This document shows positions 26,513-35,500 of a DNA stretch of 44,730 nt, piece after piece (the stretch's first letter is position 1; every line of letters begins with the position of its first letter). Source of the DNA: a virus (taxonomy: Duplodnaviria > Caudoviricetes); IMG/VR virus record IMGVR_UViG_3300036815_000121, positions 1 to 44,730 of that record; one strand, given 5' to 3'. Made by a program: the position numbers and the translations under genes. Below the pieces are notes generated by a model. The model did no database searches. It had not been told where the DNA came from and saw only the letters and a program-made list of their open reading frames with translations.

Positions 26513-27026
26513 TTGCCTGTCCTCGCTCTCCCTGAGATATTTGTGGGGCTGCGTCCCAATGACCTACAGCGGGCTGATTGGGTGCCAAAGGTAGTCCAAT
26601 CTCCCTCGCCAGTCCAGAAACCTCCCTGAAGCCCATCCGCCGTTTGGCCATGGCGGTCAGTTCCGGGCCTTCGGTCTGGAACAGAATTTCGCGGAAGCTG
26701 TTGGCGCATAGCTGCGCTTCAATCCAAGCCAGTCCTTTCAAGAGCGCAATCCGGTTGCGGGTCTTGGCGGCGGCGGTCTCCGCCTGGGCGAATTGCAGGG
26801 ATAGCCTGACGGCGGTCTGGGTCTTGAAGTAGAAGAGGACCTTCCCCTTATCGTCTTCTAAGGCCCATGCATCCTCCCCCGGCTTTAGCTTGAGGAAGTA
26901 ATCGGCGTCCATCTGACCGTTGTGGTACTGGTCGGCTTCGATCAAAGCCTCCAGATAGATTCTGTCCTTCTCGCTCACTGGGCGTACCACGTAATTGTCA
27001 AAATGAAATACCGTTTGGCCGTTCAT
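26472..27026 (-). CDS. Hypothetical protein, possibly GNAT-like (T7 gp13-like position)
   Basis: VVRPVSEKD...RRMGFREV pattern; lies between nozzle and ejection genes. Confidence 0.5.
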   Translation of the reverse strand: MNGQTVFHFDNYVVRPVSEKDRIYLEALIEADQYHNGQMDADYFLKLKPGEDAWALEDDKGKVLFYFKTQTAVRLSLQFAQAETAAAKTRNRIALLKGLAWIEAQLCANSFREILFQTEGPELTAMAKRRMGFREVSGLAREIGLPLAPNQPAVGHWDAAPQISQGERGQANVRCDTTADRSFQ

Positions 27027-27262
27027 GCTCCACTCCCTTTCTTGGCTGGCATCGTGCGGTAGGTTGGAACCTTGGAACCCCCGTAAAACTGGCGCTGAAA
27101 AGCATCTGCTGTGCTCGCCATCAAAGGCATCGAAGCCAGCATGTTAGGGTGACGCATGGGAGAGGTATTAACCGGGGGGATTTGGGGTCGTGAATTGCTC
27201 TGCTGCGGGGCGGGTTGATAGCCCTGCATATTGAATCTCGCGGCTTGTCGTAAGGTGGCCAT
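27023..27262 (-). CDS. Hypothetical protein, 79 aa
   Basis: TAATG-coupled start MATLRQ. Confidence 0.6.
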   Translation of the reverse strand: MATLRQAARFNMQGYQPAPQQSNSRPQIPPVNTSPMRHPNMLASMPLMASTADAFQRQFYGGSKVPTYRTMPAKKGSGA

Positions 27263-29787
27263 TATTGACTCCTCTGCTCGGCCCAAACTTGGCCAAAAAT
27301 AGCGAAGGTATCAAGCTCGTTTGCGGCGTCTTCCGCTGGCCATTCCAAGCGTAGTTTTAAGCTCTTGCACCATACTGGTTTTTGGTCTTGCAAAAGGCCG
27401 TGCCGGTTGCTGTAAATGGTGTCGCTCGGGGGGGCATTTGGGGGGTCTTGCCGGGTGCGCGGAACGGGGGTAAATTGGGCGGAATTTGACCCGGTTTTTT
27501 CCTTGGTTTCATCCAGCATGACGGATAGTTTTGTGGGGGTTCCAACCGCCTCAGATTCGAGTGTGATCCACGCCAAACCTGCCAGTTGCCCGGTGTGCGC
27601 CAACACGATATTGCCGATGTCGGCAAAGACGGAATAGGCCAATCCATTGTCGGTGTTGGCGCTGGTATCGCGCATCAGAATGGGTCCTGATCCACCTTGG
27701 CGCGGCCCTGCCAGCAGCGACATCGTACCGGGGGCGGTTTCCACGCTTTGGAAGGCACTGATGCCCTGCCCCAAGAGGCCGGGAGGGTTCCAGTTGAGGC
27801 CGTGTTCGGGGGCGGAGGTCGGGGCCATTCTGTACCATTCCTGACCATTGGCCACATACAGCGCGGTCTCTCCGCTAGGGCCGCTATGGAAGGTGACATA
27901 GGCGGTTGCGGGGTCGAGCGCGGCTATCTGATCGGCTATGGGAAAACTGGCTTCCACGATGCCCGCGCTGGGGTCGAGCGCGTTAACCATGCGGTGTCCG
28001 GTCAGCAGATAGGGGGTTGTGAGGAAGATGGCGAATGCATCGTAATTCAGCAATGGCAGGTTTTCGATGAATCGCCGCATACCAAGGGGGGTATTGGCCG
28101 TGCCGTCGCCTTCGATGATGTAGGCATCGCGCACGGTGAAAACGATGACGCCAAGCGTACTAACCCAAAAACGGGTGATCTTGGATTGCGCGGTGAAGGT
28201 GATATTGAATCCCGCGTTCCCGCTCGATCCGCTGGCTACCGCATCCGGTCCTGACGACACGTAAACCACGTTGCCAACGGCTACGAAGAAGCGGCCTACG
28301 TGGTACTCCATGCAGGTTGCGCCGATGGGCAACGGCGTACCCTCTCCGGCTACCTGCGCCTGAATCTCGATGGTGAGGTCGGAATCAGGATGGGTGTCGG
28401 TGTAGGTCCATGTGGCTCCCCCTCCGGGGCTGGAAATCTCATCCAGCAGAAAGAAGGTTGAGCCTCCCTGTTCCGTCCGGTAGATCACGATGGTTTGGGC
28501 TTGCCCGTCCGTGGACCCTACCCCCTGCACGATCACTTCCCCGCCCTTGCTGACACTGATGGGCGCACTCGGCGGAGACATATTGCTGATGTCTTTGGTG
28601 GTGGGATTTTTGTAGGCGTAGCCATAGCGCCATGGCGCGGTGGTGCCGGAGGAGTAGTTGCCCGCGTTGACCCATATCGCCGCGCCGTCCGTGGTGTAGG
28701 CTCCCGGCTGGGTCTGCCAAGTGGGGGCGGAACTTCCGCTTTTTCCCGGCTGAAGGATGGTTTGCAAATACCCGTTGGGGTCTAGGATCGTGGTGGCTCC
28801 CACGATCTGCGTAGACGATCCGATATCGGAGGACCAATACAAGAGATTCCCGGCGTTTTTCCAGACCACTCCGTTATCGTTTACCAGCGTTCCGGTGCCT
28901 TCCAGCCATGCCGGTTCCGTGCTGCCGCTCACGCCCGCGTGGATGCACCAGAAAAGCTGTCCGATGGTAAGCCCGCTGCCGGGGTCGAACACTCGTCCTA
29001 CAACCGGGTCGCCATAGACGTAGTTATGTCCTGCCGTCCAGCCTGACGGTCCCATGTTTTGCCACGTCACGGTGTTGTCGAAGGTGGCTCCGTACTGGGT
29101 GGGATTCCAACCCGGCTCCACGGCTCCGGTGACGCCAAAGGCGGTCACCCGTTCAATGTTGTTGTTGCCGTCCTCGATGGCGAGACCAAAAACATCGTTG
29201 CTGCTATAGGCGGTGTTGGGTTGCCATGTGGGATAGGGATTGGGTCGTGCGGTCTGGGTCACGGTGGGGGCGTCTGTCGGGCCATAGATACCCCAGTTGG
29301 AGATGACTTCGGAGGCGTTGTCGAGTTGTTTATTCTCGACTCCGTTGGTCATGTAAAGGGTGTTGCCCAAGCCTAGAAAATAGGTTGGACCCGCGCCTAG
29401 AGTTTTGACCCAAACCGCCGTCTTGGTGTTGGGTCCAGTGGCGTCATAAACGACCGTCGAAGTGTCCACCATCACGCGCACGTTTTCATCGGTTTGGGTG
29501 AAGGTATTCCAGCCGTAAAAACGTTTGATCGGCGGAAAAATTTGCGCGTTGTAAACCGTGAATCCGGGGCGGCGGCGGAGGGTGAGCTTGGAGCTTATCT
29601 CTGCGTTCTGTCCTGCGGCGATGCGGTCTTGCCTTCCCCCGTAAAACTTCTCCGTAAACATATCGGTGGCGGCATCGCGAAGCGGGTTGGTGTTGGTCCA
29701 ATAGCCGGTCACCAATCGGTTGACGTGCAACGGCGCGTAGTCGCTCGGTGCGCTCTGCGCTCCCTCGATCTGGAGCGGCCCCGCCAT
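27262..29787 (-). CDS. Tail nozzle / tail tubular protein B-like
   Basis: 841 aa, beta-rich; N-terminal LRRRPG motif; follows the adaptor genes. Confidence 0.65.
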   Translation of the reverse strand: MAGPLQIEGAQSAPSDYAPLHVNRLVTGYWTNTNPLRDAATDMFTEKFYGGRQDRIAAGQNAEISSKLTLRRRPGFTVYNAQIFPPIKRFYGWNTFTQTDENVRVMVDTSTVVYDATGPNTKTAVWVKTLGAGPTYFLGLGNTLYMTNGVENKQLDNASEVISNWGIYGPTDAPTVTQTARPNPYPTWQPNTAYSSNDVFGLAIEDGNNNIERVTAFGVTGAVEPGWNPTQYGATFDNTVTWQNMGPSGWTAGHNYVYGDPVVGRVFDPGSGLTIGQLFWCIHAGVSGSTEPAWLEGTGTLVNDNGVVWKNAGNLLYWSSDIGSSTQIVGATTILDPNGYLQTILQPGKSGSSAPTWQTQPGAYTTDGAAIWVNAGNYSSGTTAPWRYGYAYKNPTTKDISNMSPPSAPISVSKGGEVIVQGVGSTDGQAQTIVIYRTEQGGSTFFLLDEISSPGGGATWTYTDTHPDSDLTIEIQAQVAGEGTPLPIGATCMEYHVGRFFVAVGNVVYVSSGPDAVASGSSGNAGFNITFTAQSKITRFWVSTLGVIVFTVRDAYIIEGDGTANTPLGMRRFIENLPLLNYDAFAIFLTTPYLLTGHRMVNALDPSAGIVEASFPIADQIAALDPATAYVTFHSGPSGETALYVANGQEWYRMAPTSAPEHGLNWNPPGLLGQGISAFQSVETAPGTMSLLAGPRQGGSGPILMRDTSANTDNGLAYSVFADIGNIVLAHTGQLAGLAWITLESEAVGTPTKLSVMLDETKEKTGSNSAQFTPVPRTRQDPPNAPPSDTIYSNRHGLLQDQKPVWCKSLKLRLEWPAEDAANELDTFAIFGQVWAEQRSQ

Positions 29788-30518
29788 TACGTTGCGCTCC
29801 TAGCTTGTACGCCTTGCTGGGTGGTCAGTTGGGCGCGTCCCGCTTCGCCCATCAGGGCAAGCCACTCGCCAATGAAGATGTTGCGTTGGGTGGCGGTTAT
29901 TCCGTCCTGCGCTCCCAAGAGATGGGAAACGAACTTCTGTTGAAAGACGGCTTGCCGGATGTCCTTGGTAATCATGGACAGCATGGCCAAAAAACCCCAG
30001 TCATAGATGTAGCTAAGGTGGTCGGGAATCGGCCCCCATGACGATGCCGGGGAAGTAACCGGCATGGGGGTTTGCTGGTAGAAGCCGTTGAGCAGGTAAG
30101 AGCGGTCGGGCAGGGAATTGATGCGCAAGGTTACGCTGTCGTCGTCCTGGGCTTGGACGGCGATGCTCTGTGGCCGCATCACGGCACTTTCGGCGGCGAG
30201 ACTGGAGACGATGGTGAGCGGTTTTACTTCTCCGGTAACCGGGTCGGTCAGCCATGCTTTTTCGAGGAATGCGAAGCGGATGGTGTCGAGCGCGTAATCC
30301 TGCGCCTGACTCACATCGCCATAGGGGTCGATGGTGGGGATGCTGAGTTCGAAGCTGACACGGTTCCATGGCCATGTGAAGGGCGCTCCTAGCATGGTCT
30401 GCTTGATGAGGTTGGCGGCGTTGATCGCGGGTTCGCCGTTGGAGATGTTGGCGGGCTGGTAGCCGATGAAGGGCAGCGCAAACAAGATGCTGGATTGAAT
30501 GTTGCGCGTCACTGGCAT
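29787..30518 (-). CDS. Head-tail adaptor-like protein
   Basis: AINAAN...FTWPWNR, GPIPDHL; synteny. Confidence 0.55.
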   Translation of the reverse strand: MPVTRNIQSSILFALPFIGYQPANISNGEPAINAANLIKQTMLGAPFTWPWNRVSFELSIPTIDPYGDVSQAQDYALDTIRFAFLEKAWLTDPVTGEVKPLTIVSSLAAESAVMRPQSIAVQAQDDDSVTLRINSLPDRSYLLNGFYQQTPMPVTSPASSWGPIPDHLSYIYDWGFLAMLSMITKDIRQAVFQQKFVSHLLGAQDGITATQRNIFIGEWLALMGEAGRAQLTTQQGVQARSAT

Positions 30519-30521
30519 CCC

Positions 30522-31508
30522 TTACCTCCATCCGAAGCGGTACGGGTATGGCCCCTGATCCTGCACGAAGCCGGGAGAGGCAATGGACTGGTCGGGATAG
30601 AAGCCTTTGGCTTCGTCCTCGCGGTCGCCTTGGCGGGCGGCGGCGGCGACGGATTCCAGCCAAGCCATCTTCATCCGGTCGAAACGGGCAAGCACGGCGG
30701 GGTTGGAGGAGTAGCGATGGGTGTAGGCAATGAAGCCGTCGATGAACCATTTGGCGTACTCGTCGGGGATGGGGTCAACGAACTGTCCAAGGTTGATGAA
30801 GCGCGGCGGCTGCTTCATCTGCGCGAAGATGCGCATCAGCCAAACGTTTCCTCCCGATGGTGGGCGGGGAAGAAAACGGAAACCTTGCGCGTTGGGGTCG
30901 GCCACGGTCCATTCGCAGGTTCCGTCAATAACTACACTGCCGGGTGCGGTGCCGGAGGCTACGACCGGCGCGATGGCTCCGGTGGTGCCGTAGGCGGTCA
31001 AGACGAGAATGTTGCCCGCTGCGTCGTTGATGTTGGTCCACTTGTTGTTGTTGCTGGTCGCCTGTCCTACGGGATTGGTGTAGACGACTCCCGGCCCCGG
31101 CCATCTTCCGTACTCCAACTGATGGTTGGAATACCAGCACACTTCGCCGGGGAAGCCGCCAATCGAGTTGTCAATCTCGATGTCGCGGACAGCAACCACC
31201 TTCCATGACGGCGGCGGGACTTGGGTGTTGTTGATGTCGATGCGGACGGCGTTCTCCAGCCATCCGATGTTGTTGACGGTGAGCGAGGCGTAGTCCTGTT
31301 GCAGCGGGGTCAGCACGAAGGCGGGAATCTTGGCCCGGTTCCACTTCCAAGGGAAGCGCACACTCAACATCTCTCCCATCACCGTATTGGCGATGGAGAG
31401 GGCGGGTTGCGCGGCATAACCTCCGGTGGATTTCAAAACCGGGGTGAGGTCGCCCATGACGGCAACCTCATCCACGATATCCATCAGCTTTATGTTGCTG
31501 TTCCCCAT
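30522..31508 (-). CDS. Head-tail adaptor-like protein (paralog)
   Basis: ALSIAN...FPWKWNR, DPIPDEY; synteny. Confidence 0.55.
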   Translation of the reverse strand: MGNSNIKLMDIVDEVAVMGDLTPVLKSTGGYAAQPALSIANTVMGEMLSVRFPWKWNRAKIPAFVLTPLQQDYASLTVNNIGWLENAVRIDINNTQVPPPSWKVVAVRDIEIDNSIGGFPGEVCWYSNHQLEYGRWPGPGVVYTNPVGQATSNNNKWTNINDAAGNILVLTAYGTTGAIAPVVASGTAPGSVVIDGTCEWTVADPNAQGFRFLPRPPSGGNVWLMRIFAQMKQPPRFINLGQFVDPIPDEYAKWFIDGFIAYTHRYSSNPAVLARFDRMKMAWLESVAAAARQGDREDEAKGFYPDQSIASPGFVQDQGPYPYRFGWR

Positions 31509-31526
31509 CGCGCACTCCTGTAGTTA

Positions 31527-31865
31527 TTACCCTGCCGCTTGCCCCTGTTTGAAGTCCGGGGTGTTGGGACTGCTCTTGGGGGTCGCTTGCTGCTGCTTCA
31601 ATGCGGCCTCGGCTCGTTTCTTGCGCTCGGCGGGGTCTTGCTGCTTCTGCGCGGTGATGGCGCTCTCCCGCTGTTCGTCGGGGTCGGGCGGGTTCTGCGC
31701 GTTGTCGAATGCGGCCTGCGCTTTTTTGTTCTGCTCTACCTGCATGGCGTCGAGTTCATCGTTGAGAGCTTCGTTCTTCTCCGCTTCTTCAAGGAGTTGC
31801 TTGCGGCGGTCGCCTATAGCAACGGGTTGCCCCTCTTTCCGGTCTTCTACTTTGGCTGTAGTCAT
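31527..31865 (-). CDS. Hypothetical charged protein
   Basis: 112-aa ORF in virion operon. Confidence 0.6.
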   Translation of the reverse strand: MTTAKVEDRKEGQPVAIGDRRKQLLEEAEKNEALNDELDAMQVEQNKKAQAAFDNAQNPPDPDEQRESAITAQKQQDPAERKKRAEAALKQQQATPKSSPNTPDFKQGQAAG

Positions 31866-31899
31866 GGCGTGTCTCGCTTTCTTGGTGGGTTGTGCCGGG

Positions 31900-32397
31900 T
31901 TAGGCGGCGGGGGCTGCGGGAACCGTGATCGGCGGCGTGGGCGGCGGTCCGATGACGAAGAGTTGAGTACCGCTCATTTCGTTATCGGTGGGCAGGTTGA
32001 GCCACAACACATACTCGTCATAGAGCCGCTTGTATTCGGCCTTCTGCTGCGCGGTGGCGGTCTTCGCGTTCAATGCGGGGTTGGGCGGCTCGACGAGCTT
32101 GAAACATCGCTGGCAGATGATGATGATGGGGCCGTGGCAAAGCTGGTGCTTGACGACGGCAAAGTTATGGTCGTTGCCGCGCAACAGCATCTCCACGCCC
32201 TTGCCGCCCTTCTTGTGCCAACACGCATCCTGCGATGCCTTCCTCATCGCGTTGTCGCGGGCAATGTCGCGTTCGCGGCTGGCGGCGCGTTGGATACGGG
32301 CCTCTTTGTTGCGGCGCATTTCGTAGACCCGTTCCTGTGTCTCCTCCAGTTGAAGTTGCTCCAACTGCGCCGTGATTGAGGCTTTGTCGAGTGGCAT
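31900..32397 (-). CDS. Hypothetical protein, coiled coil plus Cys/His motifs
   Basis: Start reassigned to MPLDK after GGAGG; CWHKKGG, ICQRC. Confidence 0.7.
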   Translation of the reverse strand: MPLDKASITAQLEQLQLEETQERVYEMRRNKEARIQRAASRERDIARDNAMRKASQDACWHKKGGKGVEMLLRGNDHNFAVVKHQLCHGPIIIICQRCFKLVEPPNPALNAKTATAQQKAEYKRLYDEYVLWLNLPTDNEMSGTQLFVIGPPPTPPITVPAAPAA

Positions 32398-32515
32398 AAC
32401 TACATCCCTCCTTCGGGGTTGGGTGGAGCGGGGGAAAGAGAGAGACCTTGGGAGACCCTTTCCTCTCCCCCCTTTTGAGTTGCGTGGCTCTAGGACGCAA
32501 CCCCGCTCCAGCTTT

Positions 32516-33661
32516 TTAGGTGATGGCGCTGGCCGCGTCGGTGTAGCGGATGCGTTGAACCGGGTCGGGGGGGAGGGTCGCGGTATACATGGTGTTGTAC
32601 GACGCGAAGCCTCCAATCATCCGTGACGGGTCGTATCCGCTCGGCTCCGTCAATCGACGGACCCAAACGTTCAAGTTTCTCCAGTCGCCATCCCCAATTT
32701 GGGTATTTTCCTTGGCTCCGAAAGACACGCCAATGACTCCATCGCGCCCGATGACATAGGTGCGAAGTTTGACCGGCGCTGATCCGGTTTGTTTAACCAG
32801 CGTGGATTGATGGAAGCTGGCTCCGCCCCAATCAATCACGGTTACGTTGTCGCCATCGGGGGCTGGGAGTTCGCGCAACTTCTCCTGACCCTCCGCCGTT
32901 CTTTTCAAAACGTCGGTGATGCCGTTGGGTTGGGTGCTGATGAGGATGTCGCCAACGATGAGCGGATGAATCACTCCGGTAAAGCGCCCGTTATCGAAGG
33001 GCAGGGCATTGACGGCGGTCAACGACTGCACCATCGAAGTGATGTCCTGCGCGATAAGGTTGGTGCCTAGCGGCGTGTGTGCCACCAGCGCATCGACTAC
33101 GCTGGCTCCGTCGGCGGTGTTCTGGATGATGAGGTTGATAACCTGCGCCAAGCGGTAGGCCATCTGCACACCCAACGCTTCAAGGGCGGGGTCGATGGCG
33201 GTCTGCAAAGCGTAGGTCGAGATGTTGGCGTAGTCGGCATAGTTGCCGATGGTGGACGTGTTCTGTACCACCGAAACGGTTAGGCCGGTGCCAATTGTTC
33301 CCTCCGGTGCCTGGGTGATCGGCGGCGCGGGAAGGTTCTGATACATGTAGAGCACGAGCTTATTGCCCGCATTCTCGTCAATGGTTCGCCGTGCGGTGCA
33401 ACGCACCCATGGGGTCTCCGCCTTCAGGTTCTCTACGAAAACCTTGTCGAAGGAAGTCACGACCGACTGGGGCAGGTTGGTGGTCAAGTTGGATGCTGGC
33501 GAGACGCCAACGCCCAACGCTCCGTGGACGCGATACGCGCCTACGGCATACGTCCAGACAAAGAGTTGACCGCCAACGGCGGCGGCAAACTCAATGACTG
33601 GAATAACTACTTTCTGGCAAAACTGCCTGCCGCGCTCGGCGGCTTCGGATGTGCTTCGCAT
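32516..33661 (-). CDS. Major capsid protein (N4-gp56-like, HK97 fold)
   Basis: FDKVFVENLK, PEGT, IGNYADY...S, LAQVIN, GVIHP, YDPSRMIG; follows the scaffold; start MRST after GAGGGG. Confidence 0.8.
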   Translation of the reverse strand: MRSTSEAAERGRQFCQKVVIPVIEFAAAVGGQLFVWTYAVGAYRVHGALGVGVSPASNLTTNLPQSVVTSFDKVFVENLKAETPWVRCTARRTIDENAGNKLVLYMYQNLPAPPITQAPEGTIGTGLTVSVVQNTSTIGNYADYANISTYALQTAIDPALEALGVQMAYRLAQVINLIIQNTADGASVVDALVAHTPLGTNLIAQDITSMVQSLTAVNALPFDNGRFTGVIHPLIVGDILISTQPNGITDVLKRTAEGQEKLRELPAPDGDNVTVIDWGGASFHQSTLVKQTGSAPVKLRTYVIGRDGVIGVSFGAKENTQIGDGDWRNLNVWVRRLTEPSGYDPSRMIGGFASYNTMYTATLPPDPVQRIRYTDAASAIT

Positions 33662-33684
33662 GTGACCATCCCCCTCTTGGGAAG

Positions 33685-34494
33685 TCACGCGCCTAATGCA
33701 TCGACCGCTTTTCTGAAGGCCGGGTCTCGCAATCTCTCCTGATACTCCGCCCTCGACATGCGTTCGATGTCTGCGCGTGTGAGCTTCTTCGGCGTAGGCG
33801 GCGGGGGTGCGGTAGCGGATGCGTCACTGCTCCTGATCCCAGTCGATACGCTGCGTGGTCTGCTGGTACTTGTAGGAGAGGGAGGATTAGGCTCCGGCTG
33901 TCCGTTCGGTTTGGGTCCATCGGTTGGCTCGGTCGGCCATGCGATGAGTTCGCCTTGGTCGTGGAGGGTTTGATAAACCAGTGCAAGATTATTCCGTGTC
34001 AGGTCTAGCTGGTTGTCTTTCAATGCGGCAAAAAGTTTGTCGCGGTTCTGCTGTACTGGGTAGTAATCGGGGGTGGCTTGGACGAAGGCGGTAGCTTCGT
34101 CCTTGTAATACTGGTCGCGCTGCTCGTCGGTCATGTTGGCGAGGCGTGTAGTTATTTCACGCGGGGGGGCGCCCTGCGCGTGAGTTACGATTTCCGTCAC
34201 GGCATCCACTACTTTGTCCGGGTCGGTAATTTCCGTCGATAGGCGTAGCTTGTCGGCGGAGGTTAGTTCTTTCGTTTCGGCTTTGAAGGGTTGGGGAATC
34301 CTCGCACGGTCGGGCCGTCGTAGACGGCTGATTTCGCGATTAGCGTTAGCTTGCGAGTGCAATAGCGCGTCCGCCACTTCCTTGTAGGTCTTGCCCTTAA
34401 AAGTGGAGATTCGCGCTCCGACTGCATTTTCGATGATGGCGATGTAATCGCCGTTCTCATCGGGTTCCCCGTTATTGAGCCATTCGTATTTCAT
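33685..34494 (-). CDS. Capsid scaffolding protein
   Basis: Directly upstream of the capsid; Pro-rich linker and C-terminal LTRADIERMSRAEY. Confidence 0.65.
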   Translation of the reverse strand: MKYEWLNNGEPDENGDYIAIIENAVGARISTFKGKTYKEVADALLHSQANANREISRLRRPDRARIPQPFKAETKELTSADKLRLSTEITDPDKVVDAVTEIVTHAQGAPPREITTRLANMTDEQRDQYYKDEATAFVQATPDYYPVQQNRDKLFAALKDNQLDLTRNNLALVYQTLHDQGELIAWPTEPTDGPKPNGQPEPNPPSPTSTSRPRSVSTGIRSSDASATAPPPPTPKKLTRADIERMSRAEYQERLRDPAFRKAVDALGA

Positions 34495-34513
34495 GTACCT
34501 GTTTCTCCTCTTG

Positions 34514-34900
34514 TTATTGCTCTACGTCGGAGGGCATCAGTCTTGTTGGGTCCAGAATATTTTCGACAAGCTGTTCCTCTGCGGTTAACTTGGGCATTGC
34601 GGCGTTCCTCGCGTTGCCATTGAGATAGAGAGAGATTTCGTCGTCTACTTTCTGCTGCAAATGGGTGAAGATTTGCCATGCTGCCTTGGCCATCTTGTGG
34701 TTGGCTAGTACCTCCGCCTCGGCTGCGGGGTCGGTGTTGATGAGTTGGGTTTCGATTTCGATACAGCACATCTCCATCACATCGAGAACATCGGGCCATG
34801 CCTCGCTGCTGCGTACCTGAAACAGATTGCGGCGTTGCAGCGGGGTTAGTTCCGCTGTCACGCCGAATCGTCGCTCGGTACGCATGGCGGTCTCGATCAT
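34514..34900 (-). CDS. Hypothetical helical protein
   Basis: ATGA-coupled start MIETAM. Confidence 0.65.
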   Translation of the reverse strand: MIETAMRTERRFGVTAELTPLQRRNLFQVRSSEAWPDVLDVMEMCCIEIETQLINTDPAAEAEVLANHKMAKAAWQIFTHLQQKVDDEISLYLNGNARNAAMPKLTAEEQLVENILDPTRLMPSDVEQ

Positions 34901-35286
34901 GCGATAGCCTCTTTCTCCTCGTTCGGGTCGTAGGGGTTGTTGTCGTGGCGGCGCATCTCTGCTGTGAGTAGCTGTTGCTCCGGCGCGCTGGGCTTGCGTG
35001 TCTCGCGCAACATCACTCCCATCCCCAGACACATCTGTCCTAGCGGGGTGATGCGAAGGAAATACTTTCCCCCGTCGCCAAGTTCGGTCCCGGTGAGGTC
35101 TTCGATGAGGCCCCGCTCCCACAACGGCTCTACGATCTGCTCCAGCGTGAAGCCTTCGTCTTCCTCGCGCAGTGCGCCTCTGCCAAGAGCGCCCAAGCGG
35201 TCGCGCTGCTTCTGCTCCACCAACATCTCCAGTGCGCGGCGGTGGCGCGGCGGAATGGCCATGAACTTTTCGCTAACTGTTTCCAT
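34897..35286 (-). CDS. Possible winged-helix protein
   Basis: LWERGLIE...YFLRITPLG wHTH-like pattern. Confidence 0.5.
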   Translation of the reverse strand: METVSEKFMAIPPRHRRALEMLVEQKQRDRLGALGRGALREEDEGFTLEQIVEPLWERGLIEDLTGTELGDGGKYFLRITPLGQMCLGMGVMLRETRKPSAPEQQLLTAEMRRHDNNPYDPNEEKEAIA

Positions 35287-35500
35287 CGCTCGGCTCCGTG
35301 ATGGGGTTGTCGTGAATGAAGACGGTCGCGTAATACAGTTCCCGGTCTACCCTCGGCTTGCAGCGGCATAGCGCCCCGAAGATATGCCCCGGCGCAAGCT
35401 CCCCTCCCCGGTTGCAGGGGGCTACATCCACTTGGGCGTCTCGCCGGAAGACTCCCCAACGTTTATCTGCTGAGACTCGCCGTGCTTGGCGGTGATCCAT
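35273..35500 (-). CDS. Small Cys/His protein
   Basis: VAPC...GH...CRCKP...IHD; abuts the portal stop. Confidence 0.55.
   Translation of the reverse strand: MDHRQARRVSADKRWGVFRRDAQVDVAPCNRGGELAPGHIFGALCRCKPRVDRELYYATVFIHDNPITEPSDGNS

Noticed and set aside
32440-32510. Twister ribozyme (GUCCUAGAGCC resemblance)
   Set aside because: Conserved cleavage-site strand and pseudoknot partners not found
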